Made by a program: the position numbers and the translations under genes. Shown here piece by piece: positions 20,507-30,124 of a stretch of DNA of 64,000 nucleotides. The stretch comes from a virus, in the IMG/VR virus record IMGVR_UViG_3300010883_019551, positions 1-64,000 of that record; one strand, given 5' to 3'. Numbering within the stretch: position 1 is the first letter of the stretch; every line of letters starts with the position of its first letter. The notes under the pieces are model-generated. The model was not told the DNA's origin and did not search any database. It worked only from the letters and a program-made list of their open reading frames with translations.

Positions 20507-21553
20507 TTATTCCTCGCTTAGTTTATCAATTATGTCTTTAGCAGCCATTACACATGTGTCTATCTTTCCAGAGAACACATTTATTATTTTTGGACCTGAA
20601 GATGACACGATGGTGGGTCTTCCATCAGTATCGTCCATGTTAGGTAGCACTGCTCTTACAGTGTACATGGACCCCTTGTATACCGCATCTGATAGAGAAG
20701 GGATATACTCTTTTCCCGTTTCAATAAATTTGGACCAGTTTGATTCAGCCGGATTGATAATAAACCCTCTGTTTAAGTCCTTGATCATGCTAACTGGTAC
20801 TTTGGGAAAGTGTCCTGTGTTGCTATAATGAATTGCGTGTACAACATTTCCCAAAAGAGACAGACCGCTGCGTCCGTACGGATCAACACACATAAAAGGA
20901 CCGTCCATAACAACTATGCTTTTATCCTGAATCTTACGGGGCATTTCTACCCCTATCTTTTCGCATACTTCGAACTGATAGTCAACCCTATTTTCCTCAT
21001 CTAACAGTTCATTAATATTAGCGTATGTACAGTTCAGAACAATATCAAAATTTTCAATATCCTTTTTTGTAAATTTAGTAGCCCAAAGCTTATTAACTCT
21101 AGAGCTCATGAGTCGTAGCCAACATGTATTATACACATTGTGATAGTCTAAGAGGGCTTCCCTTACTTTGACAGTCAATGCTATTTTATCATTATTTACA
21201 TGCTCAAAGTTGTCTACTACTTCATAATCTAAATTAAACGTGTCACAAAACTTGAGGTACTCATCTGGAGACACCATGCTGCCTTCATTAGAAATGCAGT
21301 AATAGTGATCATAGTCATCTACAACAGACTTCCTATACTCATCTACAAAAAAATCAATTGAATTTAGTAATGCTGTAACTGTCTCAGGACTTCTTGGATA
21401 ATGATATCCTCGGTGAAGCCTTAACTGATTTGTACGAGAGGCAGATGTCATAATGTCTTTTCTAGACTCGTAAAGGGTTACGTCATGTTTATCACTTAGC
21501 TTAAGTGCTATGGTTACCCCAAATATGCCGGCGCCGACAACAGCGATCCTCAT
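20507..21553 (-). CDS. FAD-dependent oxidoreductase (DAO-like)
   Basis: VVGAGIFG, NQLRLHRGYHYPRS, SGKIDT. Confidence 0.85.
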   Translation of the reverse strand: MRIAVVGAGIFGVTIALKLSDKHDVTLYESRKDIMTSASRTNQLRLHRGYHYPRSPETVTALLNSIDFFVDEYRKSVVDDYDHYYCISNEGSMVSPDEYLKFCDTFNLDYEVVDNFEHVNNDKIALTVKVREALLDYHNVYNTCWLRLMSSRVNKLWATKFTKKDIENFDIVLNCTYANINELLDEENRVDYQFEVCEKIGVEMPRKIQDKSIVVMDGPFMCVDPYGRSGLSLLGNVVHAIHYSNTGHFPKVPVSMIKDLNRGFIINPAESNWSKFIETGKEYIPSLSDAVYKGSMYTVRAVLPNMDDTDGRPTIVSSSGPKIINVFSGKIDTCVMAAKDIIDKLSEE

Positions 21554-22401
21554 TGTCTTACTCCGTCGATGAACTTTAATATTTTCTTAGATAAATCTAG
21601 ATTATTATAGTCCATGTTATTGTCGACTAAAGATAAAAAATTATCCCGCTGTATATCTAAAAGATTGTTGGCAGCGTTAGATGATACTTCAACTTCATCA
21701 TGCGCAAAGAATCCGGGGGTCCACATGTATAAACCGTTTTCTGTTTCATATACTACAGTCTTGTGTCTGGTTTTGCTTTTCCTATCAATATCAATTACAG
21801 CCTCGACTTCACCCATACTGAAGCTTAGAATACATGCGTCGTCTGAAATACTGCTTGATACTAAACTTTTCTCATGAAGATCCGGTGTGCCTAAGCTGTC
21901 AAAAAGTATTGATAGCTCATGACTGGCTAGATTTAAGAGAATATCATTATCAAAACTTCCCCATTTCTTCCAAACAAATGATGCCTTTTGGATCTTTGTG
22001 GTTGTCAAAGCATGCTTAAAAGACATGTAAGCAGGATCTGCAAGATACAAATAGTTTACTAGACAAACTTTATTATCTCGTGCGCATTCGATTCTTTCAA
22101 TATCTGGAACAGATGCGGCGGCCGGTTTCTCTAGCAAAATGTGCTTGTTGTGTTCTAGACACTGCACAGCAATATCTGGCAAATCGTCAATAGGCACAGC
22201 TATGACAATACAGTCAATCTCATCGTCGCCTAGTAGGTCGTCTATAGAAGAGAAAATTATATTGGGAAGTATTGTTCTTATTTTTTCTAGGTTGAGTTCA
22301 TTGCCGGCGGACACTACTCTTTTGACGTTTCTCTTTTTTGAGAAGCTTCTCGCAATATTACGCCCCCAGCGGCCAGATCCTATTATACCGACACTTTTCA
22401 T
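21550..22401 (-). CDS. Gfo/Idh/MocA NAD-dependent oxidoreductase
   Basis: GSGRWG, KHILLEKP, NLASHELS. Confidence 0.85.
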   Translation of the reverse strand: MKSVGIIGSGRWGRNIARSFSKKRNVKRVVSAGNELNLEKIRTILPNIIFSSIDDLLGDDEIDCIVIAVPIDDLPDIAVQCLEHNKHILLEKPAAASVPDIERIECARDNKVCLVNYLYLADPAYMSFKHALTTTKIQKASFVWKKWGSFDNDILLNLASHELSILFDSLGTPDLHEKSLVSSSISDDACILSFSMGEVEAVIDIDRKSKTRHKTVVYETENGLYMWTPGFFAHDEVEVSSNAANNLLDIQRDNFLSLVDNNMDYNNLDLSKKILKFIDGVRQ

Positions 22402-23315
22402 TAAAACAATTGTAACACGTGCTTGAAGTATTGGTCAATGCAATCTTCCCAATTTTTTGGCTCTAGAGCACTATTTTTTTCGAATTTGTTTTTCTTAAGT
22501 CGGTTTATAAGCTCATCGAATGATCTGTACACATGATTCTGTCCAACCATTTCAACAGCACCACCTGAATTCCACAGGGCATAAGTTGGAATTTCGCATG
22601 CGAGGCTCTCAATGATATGATTGGGTCCAGGATCGTGTCGAGAAGCAGAAATATACACGTCATAACGGGAAAGCTTTTCGCCTAAGTCCTTTCCGAATGT
22701 AGGTGGAATTATAACAGTATTTTGAAACTTTGCTTTTGTTCGACCGATATAGGTGAATGTGTAATCATTATTGACTTCTAACCACTTATCGAGCATTTGA
22801 TACACATCTTGCCCCTTGAGCGGATTATCGGACCAATGATGCGTTACTAAGTTTATTTTTCCATTATCTAATTTTGGCCTGGGACAGAAGTGTTCCTTGT
22901 TTGTCCCAGAGTACACCACATGATTTCTGAGACATCTCCAATCTTCTTTGGTATGATAGTCCATTATCCAGTTAGAGATAAACACACAAAGGTCTGTAAC
23001 CCCACTGGCGGCGGTTATCACAGGATCTATATCGTTGTCTAAACCTTTTCGTTGATCACACTCATTAATTCTATAGACAACTTTTGTTTGTGGCCGAACG
23101 GCTTTGTATTGTGCTATCTCATTAATCGATATTCCCATCTCATCATATCTTGGGTCAATCATAAAAATAAGATCAATACTTTCGTCCAGCTGATATACGG
23201 GCGTGAAGCCATACTTGGGTGCATATTTGTGGATAGCTTTAACAAAGTTGTTTCCGCCGCCCCACGGACCTTCTACCGGGTTTCTATTGATTAGTATTTT
23301 TTTGTTTCCACTCAT
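22401..23315 (-). CDS. GT-B glycosyltransferase (GT4-like)
   Basis: PWGGGNNF, HHWSDNPLKG, DPGPNHIIESLAC. Confidence 0.75.
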   Translation of the reverse strand: MSGNKKILINRNPVEGPWGGGNNFVKAIHKYAPKYGFTPVYQLDESIDLIFMIDPRYDEMGISINEIAQYKAVRPQTKVVYRINECDQRKGLDNDIDPVITAASGVTDLCVFISNWIMDYHTKEDWRCLRNHVVYSGTNKEHFCPRPKLDNGKINLVTHHWSDNPLKGQDVYQMLDKWLEVNNDYTFTYIGRTKAKFQNTVIIPPTFGKDLGEKLSRYDVYISASRHDPGPNHIIESLACEIPTYALWNSGGAVEMVGQNHVYRSFDELINRLKKNKFEKNSALEPKNWEDCIDQYFKHVLQLF

Positions 23316-24504
23316 CTATTACTCCATAAACACTTTCCAAGTACAGACCGGTTGAATTAAACTCTGCAGCCCCTTCAAGTGTTTCTTTTAGAAATTTGTC
23401 TCTTTCTTCTTTTTTGTCTTCCCACTTATCCAAGACATTAAAGAAGTCCTCATGAACTGATATCGTTCCGTGATAGTTTTCAAAGTTTGCTACATTGCCC
23501 ATTTCCCTTATGATAACTGTTGGCTTGTCAACCTGTAAAGCTTTGAGACACATTGTAGAACCATAAGAAATAATACACTTTGAGTTTGATATAAGCCAAT
23601 TTTCTGCATACTCATCTGCTGTTATAACAAGCGGCATATTCGGGTCAAGTGATGCCCTGTTCTTTGTTACCATACTTTGAAGAAGGTGTACTAGAGCAGC
23701 TTCTTCTTTATTTTTTTCAGATGAGTCAATGATTCTGGGCGGGGGTTTTACCTTAAAGACGACTGGAAGTCTATAACGTTGCCACAAATCATTTATTTGT
23801 AAATTTTCAACGATAGTCATATCTGTTGTCATTCCGTCAAAGTCAACTCTATTAAGAACTATAAGAATATGAGAGTCTGTCTTTACCTCTGCTCTAATCA
23901 AATCATTTGAAGGAATTCCTGTGGTCATTATGTGATTATCAATATCATAAGCCTTGAGCCTATTTCTATCATATTCGCCGTAAATACAGAGCTTGTCATA
24001 AATTTTTCCCTGCTCTAGGGCAACAAACTTCCAAAGCCTTTCATTGTCAACATTGCCATGAATATTAGCAATTACTGGGATGTTTCTTTTTTTCATCTCT
24101 TCATAGAACGGTTCGAAAATAATCTTTGGAACTTGGTGACCTGCTGTTCTGGAGTCGTCGTATATTACACAATCAACATTAAATGTTGAAACCCTATCCA
24201 ACTCATTCACTAACGATGTTAATACATTTTCAATATCACTTTCGTACCAAATAGACACGCCTCTTTCATTAGTCACACGATTGGACCAGACTGTGTATGC
24301 ATGATCTTTGTTAAGACTATGCATTTCTTCCTTGATAACATCCACCTGGCGATTTTCGTTTATTGAATTCAAATTTGCAGCACCTAAAGCAAGAATTAAT
24401 ATATCATGAGTAATAGACAGCTGCTTAATGACGGGCATAATTCTTTCGGTGCGCCACCAATTGGTGCATAAAAATACTATACTACTTCTCATATTGGGAC
24501 TCAT
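23284..24504 (-). CDS. Uncharacterised GT-B-fold transferase (paralog of 24482-25603)
   Basis: Shares DDSR, PVIANxHGN, GxPxND and SYGSTMC motifs with its neighbour; lies in the glycan island. Confidence 0.55.
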   Translation of the reverse strand: MSPNMRSSIVFLCTNWWRTERIMPVIKQLSITHDILILALGAANLNSINENRQVDVIKEEMHSLNKDHAYTVWSNRVTNERGVSIWYESDIENVLTSLVNELDRVSTFNVDCVIYDDSRTAGHQVPKIIFEPFYEEMKKRNIPVIANIHGNVDNERLWKFVALEQGKIYDKLCIYGEYDRNRLKAYDIDNHIMTTGIPSNDLIRAEVKTDSHILIVLNRVDFDGMTTDMTIVENLQINDLWQRYRLPVVFKVKPPPRIIDSSEKNKEEAALVHLLQSMVTKNRASLDPNMPLVITADEYAENWLISNSKCIISYGSTMCLKALQVDKPTVIIREMGNVANFENYHGTISVHEDFFNVLDKWEDKKEERDKFLKETLEGAAEFNSTGLYLESVYGVIDEWKQKNTNQ

Positions 24505-25603
24505 TAATTACATCATAAACAGCTTTCACATATAAATCTGATGCATTGCAGTCTACACCACCTGTTACAGTTCTATTAAGAAAGTCAATTCTTTCGTTCT
24601 CATACTTTTCTGGATTTAGAATGTAGTCAAAATAATCTTCGCCCATCTTTACTTTTGCGTAGTAATCATCAAAATTTCCGACGTCGCCCAACTGTTCAAA
24701 TATTATAGTAGGAATTCCTGCCTGGATTGACTTAAAGCACATTGTGGAACCGTAAGATAACACACATGCTGCAGGTTCAATCAGCTTAATATCACTCTCG
24801 ATCTTGGATATTATATTATACTCGAGTCCTTCCGGAATATTATTCTCTAGCAAAGATATCTCTTTCCGCACACTATGACCAAAGCGATGTTTAAGCTTAA
24901 AAGTTACCGGTAATTTTAGAATGTCTTGGAGTTCTAGTAGGCGCATTCTTTCTAATGTCTTCTTGTCATACAAATACCAGCTGTCTCTTTTGTGTCCAGG
25001 ATTTACAAAATTAACAATAACTAAAATTTGTTCATCTGACCTCACTATGTCAGCAGCAGCATCATTATCTGGGACACCACCTAATAAGAAGAAATCTTTC
25101 TTGGTCATGTCTACTAGATTTTGTTTTTCTTTGGGCCCGAATACAAAAAGCTTGTCAAAGAATTTTTCATGCCCGACGGTTAAAACAGCATTCCAGCGCT
25201 TTGGGTCTTCATTACCATGAGAATTAGCAATGACAGGCACACCGTGCTTTTTACACAGTCTATAAAGTTCATTGAGGCCTACTTTGTCTCTAGAATCGTC
25301 AAGTATTACAACATCAGTAAGCTTATGTGGTATGTCTTTCTTAAAGATATTGATACACTCCCCTCGTAACGCAGGTAGGCCGGCCATCGTCCTGACACCA
25401 CTTGAATTTAATACTTTGCTTATTCTGTCTTTGTTCTTTTCAATTATTTCTGTGAATCTATTAGCCTTATATGGGGTTTGATCGCTTACTTGGCCGGCAC
25501 ATATTACAATAACATCATGAGTTTCAGACATCTTGAGAACTGCTGGGAACATTCTTTCAGCATTTCTATGAATAGTTGCAATGAATACTACCTTTCTTCT
25601 CAT
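24482..25603 (-). CDS. Uncharacterised GT-B-fold transferase (paralog of 23284-24504)
   Basis: Same shared motifs; FKLKHR resembles the KxHP segment of CMP-/CDP-dependent transferases. Confidence 0.55.
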   Translation of the reverse strand: MRRKVVFIATIHRNAERMFPAVLKMSETHDVIVICAGQVSDQTPYKANRFTEIIEKNKDRISKVLNSSGVRTMAGLPALRGECINIFKKDIPHKLTDVVILDDSRDKVGLNELYRLCKKHGVPVIANSHGNEDPKRWNAVLTVGHEKFFDKLFVFGPKEKQNLVDMTKKDFFLLGGVPDNDAAADIVRSDEQILVIVNFVNPGHKRDSWYLYDKKTLERMRLLELQDILKLPVTFKLKHRFGHSVRKEISLLENNIPEGLEYNIISKIESDIKLIEPAACVLSYGSTMCFKSIQAGIPTIIFEQLGDVGNFDDYYAKVKMGEDYFDYILNPEKYENERIDFLNRTVTGGVDCNASDLYVKAVYDVINESQYEK

Positions 25604-25612
25604 GTAAATAAC

Positions 25613-27253
25613 CTAGCTTCTTTGAGCGATGAGATTATACTCAGGAAAGTATAGATAGTCAATTTCTGTGCCTAAAAAGCAGTTGACAGCGTGGTTGACG
25701 TCCTCACAGATAGGCTCTCTATCATTAAAGCTAGTATTTAGAATGATTGGTACACCTGACACTTCTTCCCACTTCTTGAGAAAGTTGTAATACCACTCGT
25801 TATCTTCTTTGCGGACAGTTTGAAGGCGCGCTGTGCCGTCAAAATGAACAACAGCGGGAACTTTGTCTTTTTTATCTTCTTTGAAGCTGAGCACAAATTG
25901 CATATAGGGAGATTCTTGATATTCAGTAAACCACTCACTTACTCGCTCTTCTAGAATCGATGGCGCGAAGGGCCTAAACCACTGTCTATGTTTTACCTTT
26001 TCGTTGATTATATCTTTCATGTTAGGATTCCTTGGGTCTGCTAAAATACTTCTATTTCCCAGCGCTCGGCGCCCTGATTCAGACTTTCCATGAAATACAG
26101 AGACTATATTACCCTCGGTCAGTAGTGATGTCACTCTGTCTAAAGTGCATTCCTCAAATTTAAGATCTTTGGTTTTCATGACTTCATCAAAATGTGATCT
26201 ATCCCATACTTCGCCCAAATAGGGCGTGAAGTTATGCTTCCATTCTATTCTTGGGTTACCCAAAACTTCATGCCAGACTATTTGCGCGGCTCCTAAAGTT
26301 AAACCCCCATCGTATGGAACAGGTGGTATATACACATTCTCTACTCTGTCCCCAAACCATGACTTAATTTTTCCCATTGCAACAGAATTTAGAACGACGC
26401 CGCCAGAAAGACAGATATTTTTTGTTGATGGCGATGACTGAAGTGCATAATCAATTAATTGATAGATTACTTTTTCTGTTGCCTTCTGGAGGCTGGCTGC
26501 TAAGTCAAATACATCTTGCTCAGTTTTTCTTCCAATAGCAGCCCAGGGCTCAAGATACGGATGTTTTGGGTCTCGATCAGATGTGGCGCCGACCGGCTGG
26601 TCTAACGGCTTCATCCCTGCAGGAAGTATGTCTACTGTCAACATTCTCCAAAAATCTTCTGCATATTTATCTTTATCCCCAAGTGCAGCCATGGCCATAA
26701 TAGTACCTTCTTGACCACCCTTTGGCCAACCATTCTGTAGCTTAAAAATGTATCTTGTGATTCTAGACCAAACACCTCCAATATTAACTTCATTTGGCCT
26801 GAATGTTCTGACATGCTTCATTGAATTGTCAGATCCATGCCACAAAGTACATGCAGACTCTCCTCCATTTTCATCTTCAGCTCCGCCGCCGTCCATAGTA
26901 AGGACAATAGCATCTTTAAGATTGCTAGAATAGAAGGCATTGGCAGCATGTGCCCTGTGATGAGAAACAAAATGAAATTTCCCACCATTCTTTTCAGCAG
27001 TCTGGCATGCTTTTTCGTAAGACGCTTTGTGCTCTGTTGTCTTTCTAACAGGATGTACTGACGCATAGTGAACTATTTCGTCTGCATGCTCCGGAGAACG
27101 ATCTGTTAAGAACTTGAGGGCATCGCCTGGTGGGCATTTCTCTCTATTGTACCTCTCATATTCTGCATGGATAAGAGGTTTTCCATTTTCTAGTACGGCG
27201 AAAGAGCAGTCGTGCCCACACCAAATTCCGGCAATCTTCATTTTATTTTTCAC
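25613..27253 (-). CDS. Carbamoyltransferase, NodU/CmcH family
   Basis: HD, SHHRAHA, DGGG, SGGVVLNS, ESGRRALGNRSILADPR, RQWFRPFAPS, HFDGTARLQTV, LNTSFN. Confidence 0.93.
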   Translation of the reverse strand: MKNKMKIAGIWCGHDCSFAVLENGKPLIHAEYERYNREKCPPGDALKFLTDRSPEHADEIVHYASVHPVRKTTEHKASYEKACQTAEKNGGKFHFVSHHRAHAANAFYSSNLKDAIVLTMDGGGAEDENGGESACTLWHGSDNSMKHVRTFRPNEVNIGGVWSRITRYIFKLQNGWPKGGQEGTIMAMAALGDKDKYAEDFWRMLTVDILPAGMKPLDQPVGATSDRDPKHPYLEPWAAIGRKTEQDVFDLAASLQKATEKVIYQLIDYALQSSPSTKNICLSGGVVLNSVAMGKIKSWFGDRVENVYIPPVPYDGGLTLGAAQIVWHEVLGNPRIEWKHNFTPYLGEVWDRSHFDEVMKTKDLKFEECTLDRVTSLLTEGNIVSVFHGKSESGRRALGNRSILADPRNPNMKDIINEKVKHRQWFRPFAPSILEERVSEWFTEYQESPYMQFVLSFKEDKKDKVPAVVHFDGTARLQTVRKEDNEWYYNFLKKWEEVSGVPIILNTSFNDREPICEDVNHAVNCFLGTEIDYLYFPEYNLIAQRS

Positions 27254-28349
27254 TCCTATTTCTTATGAATTTGTTAGCTGACACTAGTGCTGATGCTATC
27301 ACCTGATCCATATCATAATACTGATACCTTGCCAGGCGGCCACCAAAAATAATGTTAGATAACTTTCTCACTTCTTTATTATACTCGTTCACTATAGAAT
27401 TGTTATGGCTATCATTGACAGGATAATATGGAATCTTATCTTTAGACCATGCAACAGGCGTTTCGTAAGTGATAACCGTATGTGGTGTCTTGACTTTTTC
27501 AAAATGCTTATGTTCTATAGATCTGGTCCAAGACACATCCTCAGAAGTGTAATTGACAACCGGAACACCTTGCACATTTTCTCTGGGTACTGTTACGTGA
27601 GAAAACTTTAATGTTCTGTACTCTAGTTCCCCATGTTTATAGTCAAAATAAGCATCCAGCGGACCTGTGTATACAACTGTTTTTGCCTTTGAAGCCCACT
27701 CTTCTTTGTTATCTAAGAAGTCAATATTAAGCTTAACGTCTATACCTTCTAATAATTTATCAAATATTTGTGTATAGCCGCCAGCTGGGATGCCACAGTA
27801 CTTATCGTTATAATAGTTTGCGTCATATGTCAAACGAAAAGGAAGGCGCTTAATAATAAAAGAAGGCAGATCTTTTGGATCTTTTCCCCACTGTTTTTTA
27901 GTATAGCCACGTATCAGTTTCTCATAGACGTCTGTACCCAGTTCAGCTAATACCCACTCTTCTAAATTCTTTGGATTTTCACATTCAATTTTTGTTTGTT
28001 CTATTTTCTCTAAAGCCTCTGCTGGTGTTGTAACACCCCACAGCTGATGAAACGTCCACATGTTGAAGGGCAAAGAATATAAGTCTCCGCGGTAGTTTGC
28101 TACAGGAGAGTAAGTAAATTGTCTAAATTCAGCAAACTGATTTACATAGTTCCAAATCTTTTCGCTGTTAGTGTGAAATATGTGTGGACCGTACTCATGT
28201 ACATTAATCCCGTTGTTATTGCTGGTATAACAATTACCCCCTATATGTGATCTTTTGTCAATAACAAGACACTTCTTTCCTGATTTTGCTGCTTCATGAG
28301 CAAAGACAGATCCAAAAAGGCCGGCACCTACAATGAGGATATCATACAT
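27243..28349 (-). CDS. glf: UDP-galactopyranose mutase
   Basis: GAGLFG, HIGGNCY, HEYGPHIFHT, GYTKKQWG, PYYPVND, GRLARYQYYDMDQ. Confidence 0.95.
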   Translation of the reverse strand: MYDILIVGAGLFGSVFAHEAAKSGKKCLVIDKRSHIGGNCYTSNNNGINVHEYGPHIFHTNSEKIWNYVNQFAEFRQFTYSPVANYRGDLYSLPFNMWTFHQLWGVTTPAEALEKIEQTKIECENPKNLEEWVLAELGTDVYEKLIRGYTKKQWGKDPKDLPSFIIKRLPFRLTYDANYYNDKYCGIPAGGYTQIFDKLLEGIDVKLNIDFLDNKEEWASKAKTVVYTGPLDAYFDYKHGELEYRTLKFSHVTVPRENVQGVPVVNYTSEDVSWTRSIEHKHFEKVKTPHTVITYETPVAWSKDKIPYYPVNDSHNNSIVNEYNKEVRKLSNIIFGGRLARYQYYDMDQVIASALVSANKFIRNRSEK

Positions 28350-28361
28350 GGTTACCTTCGA

Positions 28362-29444
28362 CTAGTCTGTTAACCACTCATCCATAAAATCTAGATTTTT
28401 GCTAGTTACGGGAATATCGGGAGTGGCCTGGGCCTCTATAGTAGATGACGATGCTGTGCCATCAAATAAAGTCACAGGTCCTTCACTGTATAGGGTATCC
28501 ATGTTGTTCTTTGTATCATACTTCAAAAGATCGCCGGCTGTATCACGAGAGTAATCCCAGCCAATGCCGTGGCACATATCTGTAAAAGAAATGGGTCGAC
28601 TACTTTGTTCTAGTTTAGCATGGTCTTCAAGCGATGTCATTTCATAGTAAAGCTCTTTTGTCCCAAAGGGTGGTAAATAGTGACCAACCCTATTATCACC
28701 TCTGACAATTGCATGCATACCTCGTGGATCATTCCAAACCGCAGCAAAAGAAGGGACATGTGGACAAAACATAAACTGTAAAAGATTGGATTGATATGCC
28801 TTTGCAGACATTACATCTTCAGCACTGGTAAATCCGTCGACTGTCTTCTCCTTAAGCTCAACAGGATAATTTCCTATCTTCTCAAAAAGCTTGGGACTGA
28901 ATAGACCTGTGGTTCCTAAGTGAATATTACTCATCTGCCAATACTTGCTTTCTGTAATTGGAGATCGCTGTGCCTCTGATCCTTGTACTATGTTAGACTC
29001 AACTGAGACCTTTCTGATAATATGAACAGACTGGTGTGCCTGATTAGACAGTGCAAAGTCAACAACAGATGCGGCAAATGCATGAGTATTAACAAGTTGA
29101 CTATCATCTTGCAAAAAACAGATGACCTGGTCGGGCTTGGTAGTTGCCCATGGCGTTTCCTGGTTGACCCTGGAAAGAATTTCATTTTTTCCTTTCCACT
29201 CATCATTAGAAGGATCTCTTTCAGGACGATATACTACTTCGTCTATAACCTCACATGTGTCTAGATATTCCTTCGCGCCGGGTTCTGTGGTGCCATTATC
29301 AACGTATATGACTCTGGTGTTTATCTTGTCAGAATATTGGTCCTTGAAGATTTGCAAACTTTTGAGAAGTGCTTTACTATACAAAAGCCTGTTACATGCT
29401 GTTATTCCTACTAAAAGATTAATATTTTCTGTTACACTATCCAC
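28362..29444 (-). CDS. GT-A fold (GT2-like) glycosyltransferase
   Basis: ACNRL, YVDNGT, FLQDDSQ, SAED. Confidence 0.65.
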   Translation of the reverse strand: MDSVTENINLLVGITACNRLLYSKALLKSLQIFKDQYSDKINTRVIYVDNGTTEPGAKEYLDTCEVIDEVVYRPERDPSNDEWKGKNEILSRVNQETPWATTKPDQVICFLQDDSQLVNTHAFAASVVDFALSNQAHQSVHIIRKVSVESNIVQGSEAQRSPITESKYWQMSNIHLGTTGLFSPKLFEKIGNYPVELKEKTVDGFTSAEDVMSAKAYQSNLLQFMFCPHVPSFAAVWNDPRGMHAIVRGDNRVGHYLPPFGTKELYYEMTSLEDHAKLEQSSRPISFTDMCHGIGWDYSRDTAGDLLKYDTKNNMDTLYSEGPVTLFDGTASSSTIEAQATPDIPVTSKNLDFMDEWLTD

Positions 29445-29448
29445 TGTT

Positions 29449-29829
29449 CTAGTCTCCCTTGTGAATTCTTATAGAGTCTTCATCAAAATGTTGAGTTGAA
29501 AATTCGTATATTTTTGTTTCTTCCAGCGCAATCATTCTGTGCTTAAGGCCTGGGTATACATGGAATGCTTGACCGGCGCCTAGAATAATACTGTTAGCTG
29601 TATCAATATCTTCGTCATCTGAGTACAACAAATTTATCTTGCCCGAATGGACAAATAAGACCTCATCTTTGATCTTGTGATAGTGCCATGAACATTGTTT
29701 GCCCTCATCGAAGAATAGAAGTTTTCCACAATATGCTGGCTTATTTACTATCCACTTTTCGTGCCCCCAACCTTTGGTGACATACTTAATTTTTGAAATA
29801 ATCATTCGCGTTGATCGCCTTATCATCAA
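29449..29829 (-). CDS. Cupin sugar(-phosphate) isomerase-like protein
   Basis: KGWGHE, CSWHYHKIKDE, KHR, EFSTQHFDEDS. Confidence 0.8.
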   Translation of the reverse strand: MMIRRSTRMIISKIKYVTKGWGHEKWIVNKPAYCGKLLFFDEGKQCSWHYHKIKDEVLFVHSGKINLLYSDDEDIDTANSIILGAGQAFHVYPGLKHRMIALEETKIYEFSTQHFDEDSIRIHKGD

Positions 29830-30124
29830 TATAAACGTCCGCGGCCGGCTTTCCCAGAAAAAGCTGGTGATATTTTACGCCCCACTCATCTAGTTGATTT
29901 GATGTCTTCTGGTAGAATAAAGATGTTGATGCTATCTGATTTCCCGAGGTTCTACCCATTCCTCTTGCAGTGCAATAAATAATTGTATTCCCTTGATCGT
30001 ACAGAGAATTGATAGTATCGATTCTTTGTCTTATGGGATAAGCATCAGTGTAGTCGGGTGTATCTCCTTCACACTGAGTACAAATAGTACCGTCGATATC
30101 GATCACATACGTCTTAGTTTCCAT
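29786..30124 (-). CDS. Capless HAD phosphatase (capsule-biosynthesis phosphatase-like)
   Basis: DIDGTIC, TARG, GKPAADVYIDDKA. Confidence 0.85.
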   Translation of the reverse strand: METKTYVIDIDGTICTQCEGDTPDYTDAYPIRQRIDTINSLYDQGNTIIYCTARGMGRTSGNQIASTSLFYQKTSNQLDEWGVKYHQLFLGKPAADVYIDDKAINANDYFKN

